The notes below the pieces were generated by a model. The model saw nothing but the letters and a program-made list of their open reading frames with translations, did not search any database and had not been told where the DNA came from. This document shows, in pieces, positions 40,457 to 50,879 of a DNA stretch of 64,000 nucleotides. A program made the translations under genes and the position numbers. The stretch is from Candidatus Caldarchaeum sp. Lineage in GTDB: Archaea; Thermoproteota; Nitrososphaeria_A; Caldarchaeales; Caldarchaeaceae. Each line of letters begins with the position of its first letter. Position 1 is the stretch's first letter. The stretch is taken from NCBI GenBank assembly GCA_038831915.1, contig JAWBKB010000004.1, forward strand, positions 42,253 to 106,252, read 5' to 3'.

Positions 40457-42505
40457 ATGCATAAACCCAACCGACTTATCAACGAACGCAGCCCCTACCT
40501 GCTTCAGCATGCCTACAACCCGGTAGATTGGTACCCATGGGGAGAGGAAGCCATAAACAAAGCCAAAACCGAAAACAAGCCCATTTTCCTCAGCATCGGC
40601 TATTCTTCTTGCCACTGGTGCCACGTCATGGAGAAAGAGTCTTTTGAGGATGAGAAAATCGCCGAAATCCTGAACAACCATTTTGTGCCGGTCAAAGTCG
40701 ATAGGGAAGAAAGACCTGACATCGATGAAATTTACATGAAAGCGGTGCTGATGATGACGGGTCATGGTGGATGGCCGCTTTCAGTGTTTCTGACACCGGA
40801 TTTGAAGCCGTTTTTCGGCGGAACGTATTTTCCACCAAGGCGGAGAGGCGGCTTGAGAGGATTCGATGAAATCCTGCGAGCAATCGCTGACCTCTGGAGC
40901 CGAAACCCGGAGGAGGTGAAAAAAGCCGCTGAACAAAACACGGAACTCCTCAAAACTTTCTATTCCCTAGGAAAGTCCGGCGAAGTTCCGAGCTACAACC
41001 TAGTGGTGCAGACCTTCGACATCATAGCATCTTCGTATGACAGCCTTTACGGAGGATTCGGCACAGCACCAAAGTTTCCCATGCCTGTTCTAATCGAATT
41101 CCTGCAAACGTTCAGCGTACTTGACAGCAACTTAGCTGCTCTGAAAATGGCTTCTACGACGTTGGAAAAGATGGTACGTGGTGGGATTTACGACCAGTTG
41201 GCCGGAGGGTTCTTCCGTTATTCTACTGACCGCGTCTGGCTGATTCCGCATTTCGAAAAGATGCTTTATGACAACGCTTTGCTAACCAAAACGTATCTTC
41301 AAAATTATCAGCTTACTGGAAATCGATTTTTCCGAGACATCGCGATCGAAACCTTGAACTGGATGCTTTCCGATTTATATCGCGAAGGAGGTGGATTCTA
41401 TTCGGCTGTCGACGCCGACAGCCCAGAAGGCGAAGGTGCGTACTATGTTTGGCGGCTGAAAGAGGTTCATGATGTTTTGGATGAAGAATCTGCGAAGCTT
41501 GCATGCCGTGTTTTCGGCATAACCGACGCTGGAAACTTTGAACATGGAAGAAACATCTTAACGTTCAAAACAGAGCTCGAAACTATCGCGGCGCAAACCG
41601 GGTTAACCGCCGAAGAAGCGGGTGAAAAAATTAGGGAAATCAAGCGTCGAATGCTTGAAGCCCGTCGCAAACGGCCTGCGCCTGCTGTCGACGATAAAAT
41701 CATCGCTTCGTGGAATGGGTTGGCTATTTCCGCGTTTTCCCTTGGCTACAGGGTGCTGGGTGATAGGAAGTATTTAGAGGCGGCGAAGGCCACCGCAGAC
41801 TTTATTCTGTCGAATATGTATGACGGTGAGAGGCTTTACAGGATTTACCGAGGGGCAGCTGCTGTTAACGGATTTCTCGACGATTACGCGTTTATTGCGA
41901 ACGGTTTACTCGACCTTTTCCAGACTGATTTTGACCCGAAATACCTCTGGGCCACAACCAACCTCGTAGACAGAATGACCTCTCTGTTTTGGGACATGAA
42001 AGATGGTGGGTTTTTCTATTCAGAGTCTGAGACAGCTAACATTTCACGGATCAAGGAAGCGTACGATGGTGTTATTCCGTCGGGGAATTCGATGGCCGCA
42101 TTAACGCTTCTGAAATATGTTGACATAACAGGGCGAACAGAATATTTTGATTATGTTGAGGGTTTGTTCAGAGCGTTCGCCGCGAAGATGGAGACTTCTC
42201 CATCTGAGTATGCGTTTTTGATGACTGTTCTCGCCGGCTATCTAAAGACGAGGACTCAAGTTGTTTTAGCTTGCGGCCAACGAAGCGAGGCGTCGGAATT
42301 TCTCAAAATCCTTAACGAAAGATATTCGCCGTTCTGTAGCATTATAGTGGTCGATGACACCAATAGGTCTGAATTGATTGAATTGTCCCGCTTAGTTGCA
42401 GACAAGCCTGTCCGAGAAGGTAAACCAACTGCTTACGTCTGTGAGAACTTTTCGTGTAGAATGCCGGTGACTTCTGTCGATGAATTCATGAAGCTGATTC
42501 GGTGA
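40457..42505 (+). CDS. YyaL/SPATA20-like thioredoxin-domain protein
   Basis: [36 protein letters not shown]; start at ATG 40457. Confidence 0.92.
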   Translation: MHKPNRLINERSPYLLQHAYNPVDWYPWGEEAINKAKTENKPIFLSIGYSSCHWCHVMEKESFEDEKIAEILNNHFVPVKVDREERPDIDEIYMKAVLMMTGHGGWPLSVFLTPDLKPFFGGTYFPPRRRGGLRGFDEILRAIADLWSRNPEEVKKAAEQNTELLKTFYSLGKSGEVPSYNLVVQTFDIIASSYDSLYGGFGTAPKFPMPVLIEFLQTFSVLDSNLAALKMASTTLEKMVRGGIYDQLAGGFFRYSTDRVWLIPHFEKMLYDNALLTKTYLQNYQLTGNRFFRDIAIETLNWMLSDLYREGGGFYSAVDADSPEGEGAYYVWRLKEVHDVLDEESAKLACRVFGITDAGNFEHGRNILTFKTELETIAAQTGLTAEEAGEKIREIKRRMLEARRKRPAPAVDDKIIASWNGLAISAFSLGYRVLGDRKYLEAAKATADFILSNMYDGERLYRIYRGAAAVNGFLDDYAFIANGLLDLFQTDFDPKYLWATTNLVDRMTSLFWDMKDGGFFYSESETANISRIKEAYDGVIPSGNSMAALTLLKYVDITGRTEYFDYVEGLFRAFAAKMETSPSEYAFLMTVLAGYLKTRTQVVLACGQRSEASEFLKILNERYSPFCSIIVVDDTNRSELIELSRLVADKPVREGKPTAYVCENFSCRMPVTSVDEFMKLIR

Positions 42506-42511
42506 TAGTTT

Positions 42512-43678
42512 TTGCAAAAGTCTTACATCGTGCTGCTGTTCACTTGGATTTCATGGTTTTGGAGCCACGGCACGCGTGTAGGCATATCGGCTGTGACACC
42601 TTTTCTTCGTCAACGATATTCGATGTCAACAGCTGAAGCAGCTGCGGTTCCCGGCATTTTCAACCTCGGTTTCTATATATTCGCCGTTTTGTCGGGCAGA
42701 GTTCCAGGAAAAATTGGCTTCAAAAAAACCGCGGCCATAGCTGCGGTAGGAGCTTCGGCCATGATGATTTTGGCGAGTCTTTTCGACAGCAAATTCATCC
42801 TTTATGGTCTTGTTTTTGCCGCTGGAATTTTTCTTTCGCTTCATCTGCCTTCAGCTATTCCATGGCTTGGAACGCTGTTTAAAGGCGGTCGTCAAGGATT
42901 TTACATCGGAATTCATGAATCGGCAGCGCCGGCCGGCCAAACCTTTGGCCCCATCGTCCTCGCTTTGTTGTTCTCCCTGCTGGGAACACAGTTTTCATTT
43001 TTAATTTGGGCGTTCATACCGTTTTTGGCCGGAGTCGGTATTCTCGCTGCCTTCTACGGAGACAAAAAATCCGAAACAACGAGGCCGGCTCTTTCTGGAG
43101 GTGTCTGGCATGGGCCTAGTTTCTACGCCCTGTCGCTAGTCACCGTCGCCAACTTAGTCGGAAACCTCGGAGTCGTGGCCATCGTCCCATTACATCTCGT
43201 CGACACCTTCGGGCTTGACAAAGCCTTCGTCGCCACGATAGTCGGCGTAAGCAGATTTCTCGGAGTCTTCGGCCAGCCACTCGGCGGGTACCTGCATGAT
43301 AAACACGGGTTTTTCCGAATGGCTACAATCCTCACCATCGTTAATTTCCTGTCAAACATCTACCTCGCAATCGGCCCCTTCAACATCGTTTACTTAGCGG
43401 CGATGACCGTGCAGGCATTCGCCACCGCCATGTATTTTCCGTTAATCTATAGCTACCTGGTAAAACTTCATGGACCGGATGCTTCCCGTTATCTGGGCAA
43501 AATGTTTTTCATCGCCGGCATCGCAGGCCCCACAACAGCCCCAATACTTGCCGGATTCCTGGCCCAAAACATCAACTACACGGCGGCGCTTCTCTACCCG
43601 ACCGCTCTCGCGTTTATCGGAGTTGTTCAGGTCCTGAGTTTAAGCAGAAAACAAGCGAAAAGCTCTGCTTATATATAG
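42512..43678 (+). CDS. MFS transporter
   Basis: About 12 hydrophobic segments; GGYLHDKHG motif-A-like loop. Confidence 0.85.
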   Translation: MQKSYIVLLFTWISWFWSHGTRVGISAVTPFLRQRYSMSTAEAAAVPGIFNLGFYIFAVLSGRVPGKIGFKKTAAIAAVGASAMMILASLFDSKFILYGLVFAAGIFLSLHLPSAIPWLGTLFKGGRQGFYIGIHESAAPAGQTFGPIVLALLFSLLGTQFSFLIWAFIPFLAGVGILAAFYGDKKSETTRPALSGGVWHGPSFYALSLVTVANLVGNLGVVAIVPLHLVDTFGLDKAFVATIVGVSRFLGVFGQPLGGYLHDKHGFFRMATILTIVNFLSNIYLAIGPFNIVYLAAMTVQAFATAMYFPLIYSYLVKLHGPDASRYLGKMFFIAGIAGPTTAPILAGFLAQNINYTAALLYPTALAFIGVVQVLSLSRKQAKSSAYI

Positions 43679-43700
43679 ACCCGCAGACAAGTATACCGTC

Positions 43701-44837
43701 ATGGTTGTTCTCAGGTTTCCCGACGTGGGCGAGGGTATCGCCGAAGGCGAAGTTATCAAGTTTCTCGTCAACGAAGGTGACGTCGTCGAAAAATACCAAC
43801 CCATCGTCGAAGTGATGACGGTGAAAGTTACGGTTGAAATTCCGTCCCCGGTGAAAGGAGTTGTTAAGAAAATTCTCGCCGCGCCGGGCCAAATTCTAAA
43901 GGTCGGTGACCCCTATATCGAAATTGAAACAGAGGAACCATACGCCGAGCAGCCAGTGGAGAAACCACCAGCCCCTATGCAGGAAATATTCGCAGAAAGG
44001 CCGAAAGAGATCTCGAAAGTTCTAGCCACACCCGCTGTGAAAAAACTCGCGAAGGAACTTGGAGTCGACCTCTCAACCTTGGTTGGAACCGGGCCCGGCG
44101 GAAGAATAACCGAAGAAGACGTGAGGAAAGCAGCAGCTTCCGTCGAGGAGAGAATACCCATCAAAGGCCTTCGGAGAATGATCGCTGAAAAACTCGTTCA
44201 AGCTAAGAACAAAGCAGCTCTCGTGACGGTTTTTGAAAACGTCGACGCCGGTGAGTTGGTAAACCTGCGGGATGAAATGAGAAAAGTTCAGGATGAGAAA
44301 GGGGTTAAGATGACTTATCTTCCATTAATCTTGAAAGCGGTGGTTGCTGCTGTCAAGGATGTTCCTCAGCTTAATGGATGGATAGATGAAGAAAGAAATG
44401 AAATTGTATTGTCACGAAACGTAAACATCGGAATCGCTGTTGACACACCTGACGGCTTGCTGGTTCCCATCATCAAAAATGTTGAAACCAAAGATGTATG
44501 GACCCTGGCACGTGAAATCGACGAGCTTGCTGAAAAAGCTCGGCAGGGACGGCTTACGTTAGACGATGTTCGCGGCGGGACCATCAGCATTTCAAACTAC
44601 GGCTCGTTGGGGTCGTTATCTGGAACACCGATCATCAACTTTCCCGAAATCGCAATAATCGGAGTTGGGAGAGTTGAGAAAAGGCCTGTCGTCAAAAACG
44701 ACTCGATAGTCATAGGCCATGTGATGGAAATCGCTGTTACGATGGACCACCGCGCAGTCGACGGAGGCTCCATGGCGAAGTTCGTCAACGCTTTGCGAAC
44801 TTATCTTGAAAACATTCGCACAGTCGTGCAAGGTTGA
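43701..44837 (+). CDS. 2-oxoacid dehydrogenase E2 (dihydrolipoamide acyltransferase)
   Basis: Lipoyl domain (EVMTVKVTVEIPSP), E3-binding GTGPGGRITEEDV, catalytic DHRAVDG. Confidence 0.93.
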   Translation: MVVLRFPDVGEGIAEGEVIKFLVNEGDVVEKYQPIVEVMTVKVTVEIPSPVKGVVKKILAAPGQILKVGDPYIEIETEEPYAEQPVEKPPAPMQEIFAERPKEISKVLATPAVKKLAKELGVDLSTLVGTGPGGRITEEDVRKAAASVEERIPIKGLRRMIAEKLVQAKNKAALVTVFENVDAGELVNLRDEMRKVQDEKGVKMTYLPLILKAVVAAVKDVPQLNGWIDEERNEIVLSRNVNIGIAVDTPDGLLVPIIKNVETKDVWTLAREIDELAEKARQGRLTLDDVRGGTISISNYGSLGSLSGTPIINFPEIAIIGVGRVEKRPVVKNDSIVIGHVMEIAVTMDHRAVDGGSMAKFVNALRTYLENIRTVVQG

Positions 44838-45457
44838 CCGATTTATCAAGTCTCGGATTCGAGCCGAACGTCTGGTATGAAACAATAGTCACCACGTACA
44901 ACGATGACCACCGCCCTAACGCCGCCGCCATGGGATGCATTACCTTCAACCAGCAACATCTTGTTCTGAGGCCTTTCAAAAACACCGCGACATATTCAAA
45001 CATCATGAGGCGGAGAAGGGCAGCTGTAAACATCACCCATGACCCTGAGCTGTTCTACCGCGCAGTGTTCAAGAAAGAAATGTTGTTCACGGCCGGCGAA
45101 TTCGCGGATGTGCCGGTTTTGAAGGAATGCGACGCCGCTATCGAAGTCATCATCGATGATGTGAAATCTTTCGACGAACAACGGGCTGAAATAGTAATGT
45201 CCCCAACACATATCCACAAGTACGCGACTGGAATCCACCCCTATTCACGGGTAGAAAGCGCCTTGATAGAATCACTCATCCATTACACACGCGTCGCCGT
45301 TTTTCTCCACACCGAACGACATGGAGAAGCCCTAAACTTAATTGAAAAAATCCGCGAAAACATCCAACTCGTCCGACGACTATCGAAAAAACCGATGCAT
45401 CTACAGATCTGCGAAGAAATCATCAATTCTGTTAAGCAAAGCGTGAAGAATCCGTGA
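44834..45457 (+). CDS. DUF447 family protein
   Basis: YETIVTT...PNAAAMG...TATYSN...ALIESLIHYTR. Confidence 0.75.
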   Translation: MTDLSSLGFEPNVWYETIVTTYNDDHRPNAAAMGCITFNQQHLVLRPFKNTATYSNIMRRRRAAVNITHDPELFYRAVFKKEMLFTAGEFADVPVLKECDAAIEVIIDDVKSFDEQRAEIVMSPTHIHKYATGIHPYSRVESALIESLIHYTRVAVFLHTERHGEALNLIEKIRENIQLVRRLSKKPMHLQICEEIINSVKQSVKNP

Positions 45458-46386
45458 AAATCCGCGTAACAGCTTACTCGCGCCTTCATCTGGGGCTGTA
45501 CGAGTTGGGCGCCCATTTCGGAAGACGGTTCGGCGGCTTGGGAGTGTATGTTGAGGAGCCTCGAATTATCGTCGAAGCCCAGCCGCATGAGTACTTGGTG
45601 GTTTCCGGCGACCGAAAACAAGACACTCTGGAAACGGTTCAAATTATCAGAAAAAGTTTCGGGAGGAAAGCACGTTTGCTTATTAAAGTGTCGGCTCAAA
45701 CCCCCTTACACAGAGGGTTCGGCTCCGTCACGCAGCACAAACTCGCAGTGGCTATGGCTGTTCTCAACACATGGAACATCGACCATGACATTTACCAGCT
45801 TGCGAAAATTCTGGGCCGAGGCACCATTTCAAACATCGGAACCATCCTATTCCATCAAGGCGGGTTCGTCGTAGAATTTCCGAAAAAAGATACGACGCAA
45901 AGACCCTCATTTATCCGGATAAGCTTTCCCGAAACATGGAGTTTCGTCGTAGCCTATCCCCTGCATGAATCAGGGCCCGACGACACGACCGAATCAATTC
46001 TATTCCGCCAATTGAAACCCATGGAGCAGTATGAATGCATGCAACTCAGCCACATAGTATTCTCTATACTCGTGCCGTCGTTGCTGGAACATAATTTCGA
46101 CGAATTCGCAGAAGCACTCTCTAATTTCCAAAAACTCGTCGGCAGGTATTTTTCACATGTTCAGGGAGGAGTTTTTCGGTCGGCGAAAGCCGTTGAAGCG
46201 TTGGAAAAGTCTGGGGCGGTTGGTGTCGGGCAAAGTTCATGGGGGCCGGCGGTTTACGGGCTTTGCCAAACAATGGATAAAGCTGTAGAAGTAGCGCGTG
46301 CAGTTCGTCAGCTCCTCGGCCCTGATTGGGTTGTGTTCTCTGCCAAAGCCGTCAACCACGGCGCGGAAATTTCAGTCACTCCGTAA
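45454..46386 (+). CDS. Beta-ribofuranosylaminobenzene 5'-phosphate (RFA-P) synthase family
   Basis: SRLHLG, GGLG, HRGFGSVTQ, GRGTISNIG, GQSSWGP. Confidence 0.85.
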   Translation: MKIRVTAYSRLHLGLYELGAHFGRRFGGLGVYVEEPRIIVEAQPHEYLVVSGDRKQDTLETVQIIRKSFGRKARLLIKVSAQTPLHRGFGSVTQHKLAVAMAVLNTWNIDHDIYQLAKILGRGTISNIGTILFHQGGFVVEFPKKDTTQRPSFIRISFPETWSFVVAYPLHESGPDDTTESILFRQLKPMEQYECMQLSHIVFSILVPSLLEHNFDEFAEALSNFQKLVGRYFSHVQGGVFRSAKAVEALEKSGAVGVGQSSWGPAVYGLCQTMDKAVEVARAVRQLLGPDWVVFSAKAVNHGAEISVTP

Positions 46387-47478
46387 ATTTTTGACTATTT
46401 CCTCGGCTTTGAATCCAACGAGCTTCACGTGGTCTAAAACCGTACCAGAAGATTTTCTAATTTCGAGAACATCGACGAGCTCACTGTAGCGGCCGCCGCC
46501 GAAACCATCAGCGACGAGCGCAGCCCCCATCGCCACGTCCTTAGCACGTCTCGCAAAAACGTTAACCGGCCTTCTAGCCCGTAATTCCAGCTTGCGGTAG
46601 ACCGCCGACTTAACTTCACGTCGAATAGTTTCGACACGGGACAAACGACCCGTCAAAACAACTTCCATCGGCTTACGGTCCATGACTGATGTAAGGGCTG
46701 CGACAGCTTTTAACACTCCTTCCACAAAGCTTTTCGCATATTCGCTGTATTTATTGTGCCATCCCGAAACGAATTCGTCTAACGGTGTTTCCTTTCCCGT
46801 GGGCATCCAAGCGATGCCTCCCTCGAACAACCTTTTCTTGCTAAACTCGCCGAGAAGATATGCGAGTTCTCCGTCCATCATTCCAAGTGAAAGATAGCCG
46901 GGGCCGGGGAATATTGTGCCGCCGATTCCGTCGATGATTTTTCCATTTTCAACCGCTATCGCCGCGTTGTAGCCCAGACCCATTTCAACACAGATTAGAC
47001 AAGTATCTTCGAAACTGATGTTACGTGTTTTTGCTTGGTCCCACACCGCGTAAGCTGTTACGCAGGTTTTGTCGGCCGTTCCCATGTCAATTTTGTTAAA
47101 CTTCCTATGAATTGGAACGGTGGGAAGCTGCACCACACCAGGAACGGTATAAGCCTTGACTCCGGCGTTTTTCATCGACTTCAACAAACGTCTGACAGCA
47201 GAAAGAACGGGCGCTCCGTAATCGCTCACCTTCTCCAAAGTCGTTAACGAAACATCGTTTTCAGTGAGTTCTGATACTGGCATGAATCTTAGCCCGTATC
47301 CCGATGGCCCTGCCACGACATCCGGCTCCAGCTCAAGAATCATTTTCATAATTTTTTCCGTATAGGTTGCGACCGTTTTCGACGGAACCGATTCGTCCAA
47401 CAAAACTTTGTTAACGTCGTCTTCGATGCAGCAAAAGTCGAAGTTGCCTGTTCCAGGGTCTATTCCAAGGGCCTTCAC
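46372..47478 (-). CDS. DUF1464 family ASKHA-fold kinase-like protein
   Basis: GIDPGT, GPSGYG, LPTVPIHRKFNKIDMGTADK, DGIGGT. Confidence 0.8.
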   Translation of the reverse strand: MKALGIDPGTGNFDFCCIEDDVNKVLLDESVPSKTVATYTEKIMKMILELEPDVVAGPSGYGLRFMPVSELTENDVSLTTLEKVSDYGAPVLSAVRRLLKSMKNAGVKAYTVPGVVQLPTVPIHRKFNKIDMGTADKTCVTAYAVWDQAKTRNISFEDTCLICVEMGLGYNAAIAVENGKIIDGIGGTIFPGPGYLSLGMMDGELAYLLGEFSKKRLFEGGIAWMPTGKETPLDEFVSGWHNKYSEYAKSFVEGVLKAVAALTSVMDRKPMEVVLTGRLSRVETIRREVKSAVYRKLELRARRPVNVFARRAKDVAMGAALVADGFGGGRYSELVDVLEIRKSSGTVLDHVKLVGFKAEEIVKNLRSD

Positions 47479-47505
47479 AAACCAAGAAAAAAGAGGGTGG
47501 AATTT

Positions 47506-48699
47506 TTAGCGTTTCTGCTGCGGTATTATCGTTGTTTTGAACGCTAAGAAGCGTTCTCGAATTCCGGTGTCGATGCTTGCACCGTAAAGGATAAGGGTTG
47601 TACTGAAGAGAAGCGGTAGTAGGTATGCGAATGTCGGGTTAATGGAGTAGAGGCTGAACGACGGGAGTATCTGCGGCAAGGCAGCGAGCCAGAAGTCGTA
47701 GTGAAGAGCCAGCGCTGGCATTCCGAGGAAAATCGTCGACAAAAGCACGACGATGGAATAGATGCTTCCGCTTCCCGCTCTCCATTCCGTGCTGAAGATG
47801 CATGACCCTGCCAACGATATTCCGATGCCGAAGATGATTCCCCCTACGGCTATCTGCAGTTGGCTGATGTTCGGCACAACTCCCGCGAAGTTATAGGGTA
47901 CGCCGAGCTGCTGAAGGATGTATACACCGGTGGAGAATGTCAGTAGAAGCAACCCGATTGCTTGAACCATTACTCCGCTTGCGAGCTGACGGTTCACCAA
48001 GTCACGGTAGCATGTTCCAAAGCATATTGCCGAAAAGGTTCCGAGAATTCCAAACGCGATCCCAGCGACCCAGAACAAAGCGACAAGTGGCGGAACGTTG
48101 GGTACCAAAGCTACCGAAGCAATCAGCAACGCGGCTCCTGCTATTTTCTGAATTTTTGTCGGCGGCAAATAGCTGAACTTCAAAGCTTTCGCCCTAAACA
48201 TGAAAAACCGCTGAGTTAATTTGAGGCCAACGGCGACTCCTGCTATAAGTGCAGCCGTGAAAGTTACCGCGTTGATGCCGGCCGCTGTCCATCCCGAAAG
48301 AAAATGTCCGATATTGCATCCGAGCGCGAGACGTGCACCGTATCCAAGCAGGAAACCTCCGACTATGGCCTGAACTAACATCCATTTGTTAGGTAGATGA
48401 CGTAGTAGAAACCGGCCTGTGAGAAGCGCTGGAATAGAGCCGCCTACTAGTATTGCGACTACGATGGTCTGTGTCGGGTCTTGGAAAACTGGAAGCAGTT
48501 TAAACTGTTGGTAGTAGCTGAGGGATGTGACAGGTAGGCCGAGAAGGTTGTAGAGGTGTCCGCCGATTTTAGATTCGCCACCAGTGATTCCCCAAAGAGT
48601 TGCTCTGCCGGTCAACGCGTACACTCCGTAGGATAGAGCTACTGAAACGAGGCCGATAAGAACAGCCGAGATGTACACCCTCTTTGACAAGCTGACCAC
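47506..48699 (-). CDS. YeeE/YedE sulfur-compound (thiosulfate) transporter
   Basis: GARLALGCNIG, ICFG and LAGSC Cys motifs; divergent from a TusA-like gene. Confidence 0.82.
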   Translation of the reverse strand: MVSLSKRVYISAVLIGLVSVALSYGVYALTGRATLWGITGGESKIGGHLYNLLGLPVTSLSYYQQFKLLPVFQDPTQTIVVAILVGGSIPALLTGRFLLRHLPNKWMLVQAIVGGFLLGYGARLALGCNIGHFLSGWTAAGINAVTFTAALIAGVAVGLKLTQRFFMFRAKALKFSYLPPTKIQKIAGAALLIASVALVPNVPPLVALFWVAGIAFGILGTFSAICFGTCYRDLVNRQLASGVMVQAIGLLLLTFSTGVYILQQLGVPYNFAGVVPNISQLQIAVGGIIFGIGISLAGSCIFSTEWRAGSGSIYSIVVLLSTIFLGMPALALHYDFWLAALPQILPSFSLYSINPTFAYLLPLLFSTTLILYGASIDTGIRERFLAFKTTIIPQQKR

Positions 48700-48742
48700 C
48701 TGCTGTAGCTTTTGGTAAGAATAGGTCTAATATAAGGTTGTG

Positions 48743-48758
48743 ATTAGTTCAGACTAAT
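48743..48758. promoter_or_regulatory. Palindromic operator candidate between yeeE-like and tusA-like genes
   Basis: ATTAGT-TCAG-ACTAAT, with an additional ACTAAT half-site downstream. Confidence 0.45.
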
Positions 48759-48811
48759 AATTCACTAATAAACAGGTCAAAGCTAAATACTGCCAATTCA
48801 CCGAACTGCCC

Positions 48812-49084
48812 ATGAGCGAAGAAATCAAGCAAATGATGACAAAAGTTGGCGACAAAACCTACGTTCTCGATGTTCGCGGCTATTCATGCCCGTATCCGCA
48901 ACTTTTCCTCGCTCAAGCTCTGAAAGCGGTTGAGAAAGACGATATCATAGAAATCTTGACTGACAACCCACCGTCGACCGAAACCCTTCCCAAATCCATT
49001 AAGAACAACAAACAAGAGTATGTGAAAACTGAAAACATTCAACCGGGTGTCTGGAAAATCGTTGCAAGAAAAATCAACGCATGA
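48812..49084 (+). CDS. TusA/YeeD sulfur carrier
   Basis: LDVRGYSCPYP motif. Confidence 0.88.
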   Translation: MSEEIKQMMTKVGDKTYVLDVRGYSCPYPQLFLAQALKAVEKDDIIEILTDNPPSTETLPKSIKNNKQEYVKTENIQPGVWKIVARKINA

Positions 49085-50137
49085 CTACAGCGATAAGGAC
49101 GATTTTATGAAGGAAATATCTTTGATTCCTTCTTCGATGTATTTCGCGATAGTGGCCAAGTTTCTCACTTCGTTTTCTTTGAGAACAAGATAGCTGACGA
49201 CCAAAGCCTGTCTGAACGGTGTTTTGTAGAAGCTTTCGTACGCCCATCGAAGCTTCATTTTTTTCGCATTTTCTTCAAGCATTGATAACATGGCTGAAAG
49301 GTTCTGTTCACTCCTGACCTTCGCGAACAATTCGTTTTCAGGAAGCTTCTCCAACCCTTTCTTCACGTCTTCAATTTCTGCTAGGCTCGTTAGGAATTCC
49401 GGGTCAAGTGTAACAGTTTCAGCTGGCAGCAGGTTTCTCACCTGAGAGGATGTCAACTTCCAAAAACGAGCCCGCAAAGCAGTGGCCAAGGCCTTTACAT
49501 CAAGTTCATAAATCATGAAAGGCGTCAAAAACTTCCTTTCACTTCTGCCAACCTTCTTAAAAGCCTTGTAAAGACCTTCGAGATAGGCTTTGTCGATTAT
49601 CGCGTCGGAGGCGGAAAAATCTTTCCGCTCGCTCCAAACTTTTACGGCGGTTCTGATAGTTTCGGCGAGCTCGGTTTCCAGATATTCAGTGAGAAATTCG
49701 GAAGGGTCTTTCGCGTTTAACGCTTTCAGTGTTATATCCCGAATGCCCAGCAATTCTTCAGGATAGAGATCAACGTTTTTGATGATTTCGTCAGGACTTT
49801 TGCCTAAAGCTTTCGATTTCAAAACCGTTTTCACATTGAAGTAAACGTATCGCATGAAAAGTTGTTCGAGGAATTTTGGCTTCACAGATGTTTGGATGAG
49901 TCGGTAATGATGGTCAACGAGGCTTTTCCAAAGTGCTTTCTCGATTTCAGCTGCCGTAAAAGGTTTTAACAGCTGTGCAAGAAAAGGCCCATAGAGACTT
50001 GGTCGTAAGATGTCGACGAGGTCACTGAGGTTTTTTGCGTATGCAAGTTCTTCCAAAGCGGTGGCCGACAGTAGATAAGACTTGAGACCGTATGTTTTGG
50101 TTACCGCGTAGACGGGGTCTCCTCGAAGGGTCACCAT
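49085..50137 (-). CDS. A/V-type ATP synthase subunit C
   Basis: YAVTKTYGLKSYLL, NVKTVLKSK, IDKAY, YLVLKENEVRNL. Confidence 0.8.
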   Translation of the reverse strand: MVTLRGDPVYAVTKTYGLKSYLLSATALEELAYAKNLSDLVDILRPSLYGPFLAQLLKPFTAAEIEKALWKSLVDHHYRLIQTSVKPKFLEQLFMRYVYFNVKTVLKSKALGKSPDEIIKNVDLYPEELLGIRDITLKALNAKDPSEFLTEYLETELAETIRTAVKVWSERKDFSASDAIIDKAYLEGLYKAFKKVGRSERKFLTPFMIYELDVKALATALRARFWKLTSSQVRNLLPAETVTLDPEFLTSLAEIEDVKKGLEKLPENELFAKVRSEQNLSAMLSMLEENAKKMKLRWAYESFYKTPFRQALVVSYLVLKENEVRNLATIAKYIEEGIKDISFIKSSLSL

Positions 50138-50157
50138 TTCATCCAGCCTCCAGTGGG

Positions 50158-50484
50158 TCAGCGAAGGCCGAGAAGAGCTTTTCTCACAAATTCCTCGGCC
50201 TGAACACGGATTTCGGCAGCTCTTTTGCGGACCTTATTCACTTCAAAAACACCTTCAGCAAGCCGTTTCTTCATCTGCTCCTCAGCCTTCGCAACCTCCT
50301 CCGCGTATGTCCTATTCTCCCATGCCCTCGCTTCCTCCAGGATTAGCTGCCGCTTCCTCTCAGCCTCGCGGGCGGCGAATTCGACTATTGATTTCTTAAT
50401 CATGGCGGCCGTTTCATTTATTTCGTCAACTTTCAGCTCTGCTTCACGTAGCTTTTCGAAAACTTTTTCGATTTCCTCGGCCAC
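50158..50484 (-). CDS. A/V-type ATP synthase peripheral stalk subunit H/G
   Basis: Charged coiled coil (KLREAE...) directly upstream of subunit C. Confidence 0.6.
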   Translation of the reverse strand: MAEEIEKVFEKLREAELKVDEINETAAMIKKSIVEFAAREAERKRQLILEEARAWENRTYAEEVAKAEEQMKKRLAEGVFEVNKVRKRAAEIRVQAEEFVRKALLGLR

Positions 50485-50544
50485 ATTTCAGCGAATTACA
50501 CCTATGTAATAACTTTATTTGCTGGAGACAGGTGATTAAACTCG

Positions 50545-50829
50545 ATGCAGAATTTATCCGAAAAAGTTCGTCAATCACTCGCCAGACTGAAAGATCCTGT
50601 TTCAAACGCGCCTATCCTTTTTCTCGAGGCAGATATCGAAGTGAAGGAAGTGGCGCAGGGAGAAATTCTTGTACTTTTCTACGCAAAAGACCCCTATTCT
50701 CCAAACGTTATGACTTACGCGGACGCCGTGAAAAAGATTGCATCAAAAGTCGAAGGTGTTAAGAGAGTAGTGGTCGATGTCCGAAATCACGTGATGTCAG
50801 ACTTGTTCAACATCAGAGTTAACGATTAG
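50545..50829 (+). CDS. DUF59/MIP18-like small protein
   Basis: LARLKDPVSNAPI...VEGVKRVVV; the usual Cys appears absent. Confidence 0.55.
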   Translation: MQNLSEKVRQSLARLKDPVSNAPILFLEADIEVKEVAQGEILVLFYAKDPYSPNVMTYADAVKKIASKVEGVKRVVVDVRNHVMSDLFNIRVND

Positions 50830-50879
50830 CGGTAACTTTTTTATCCTTTTAACTGAGCGAAATCAGCGGTATCGTTGGA

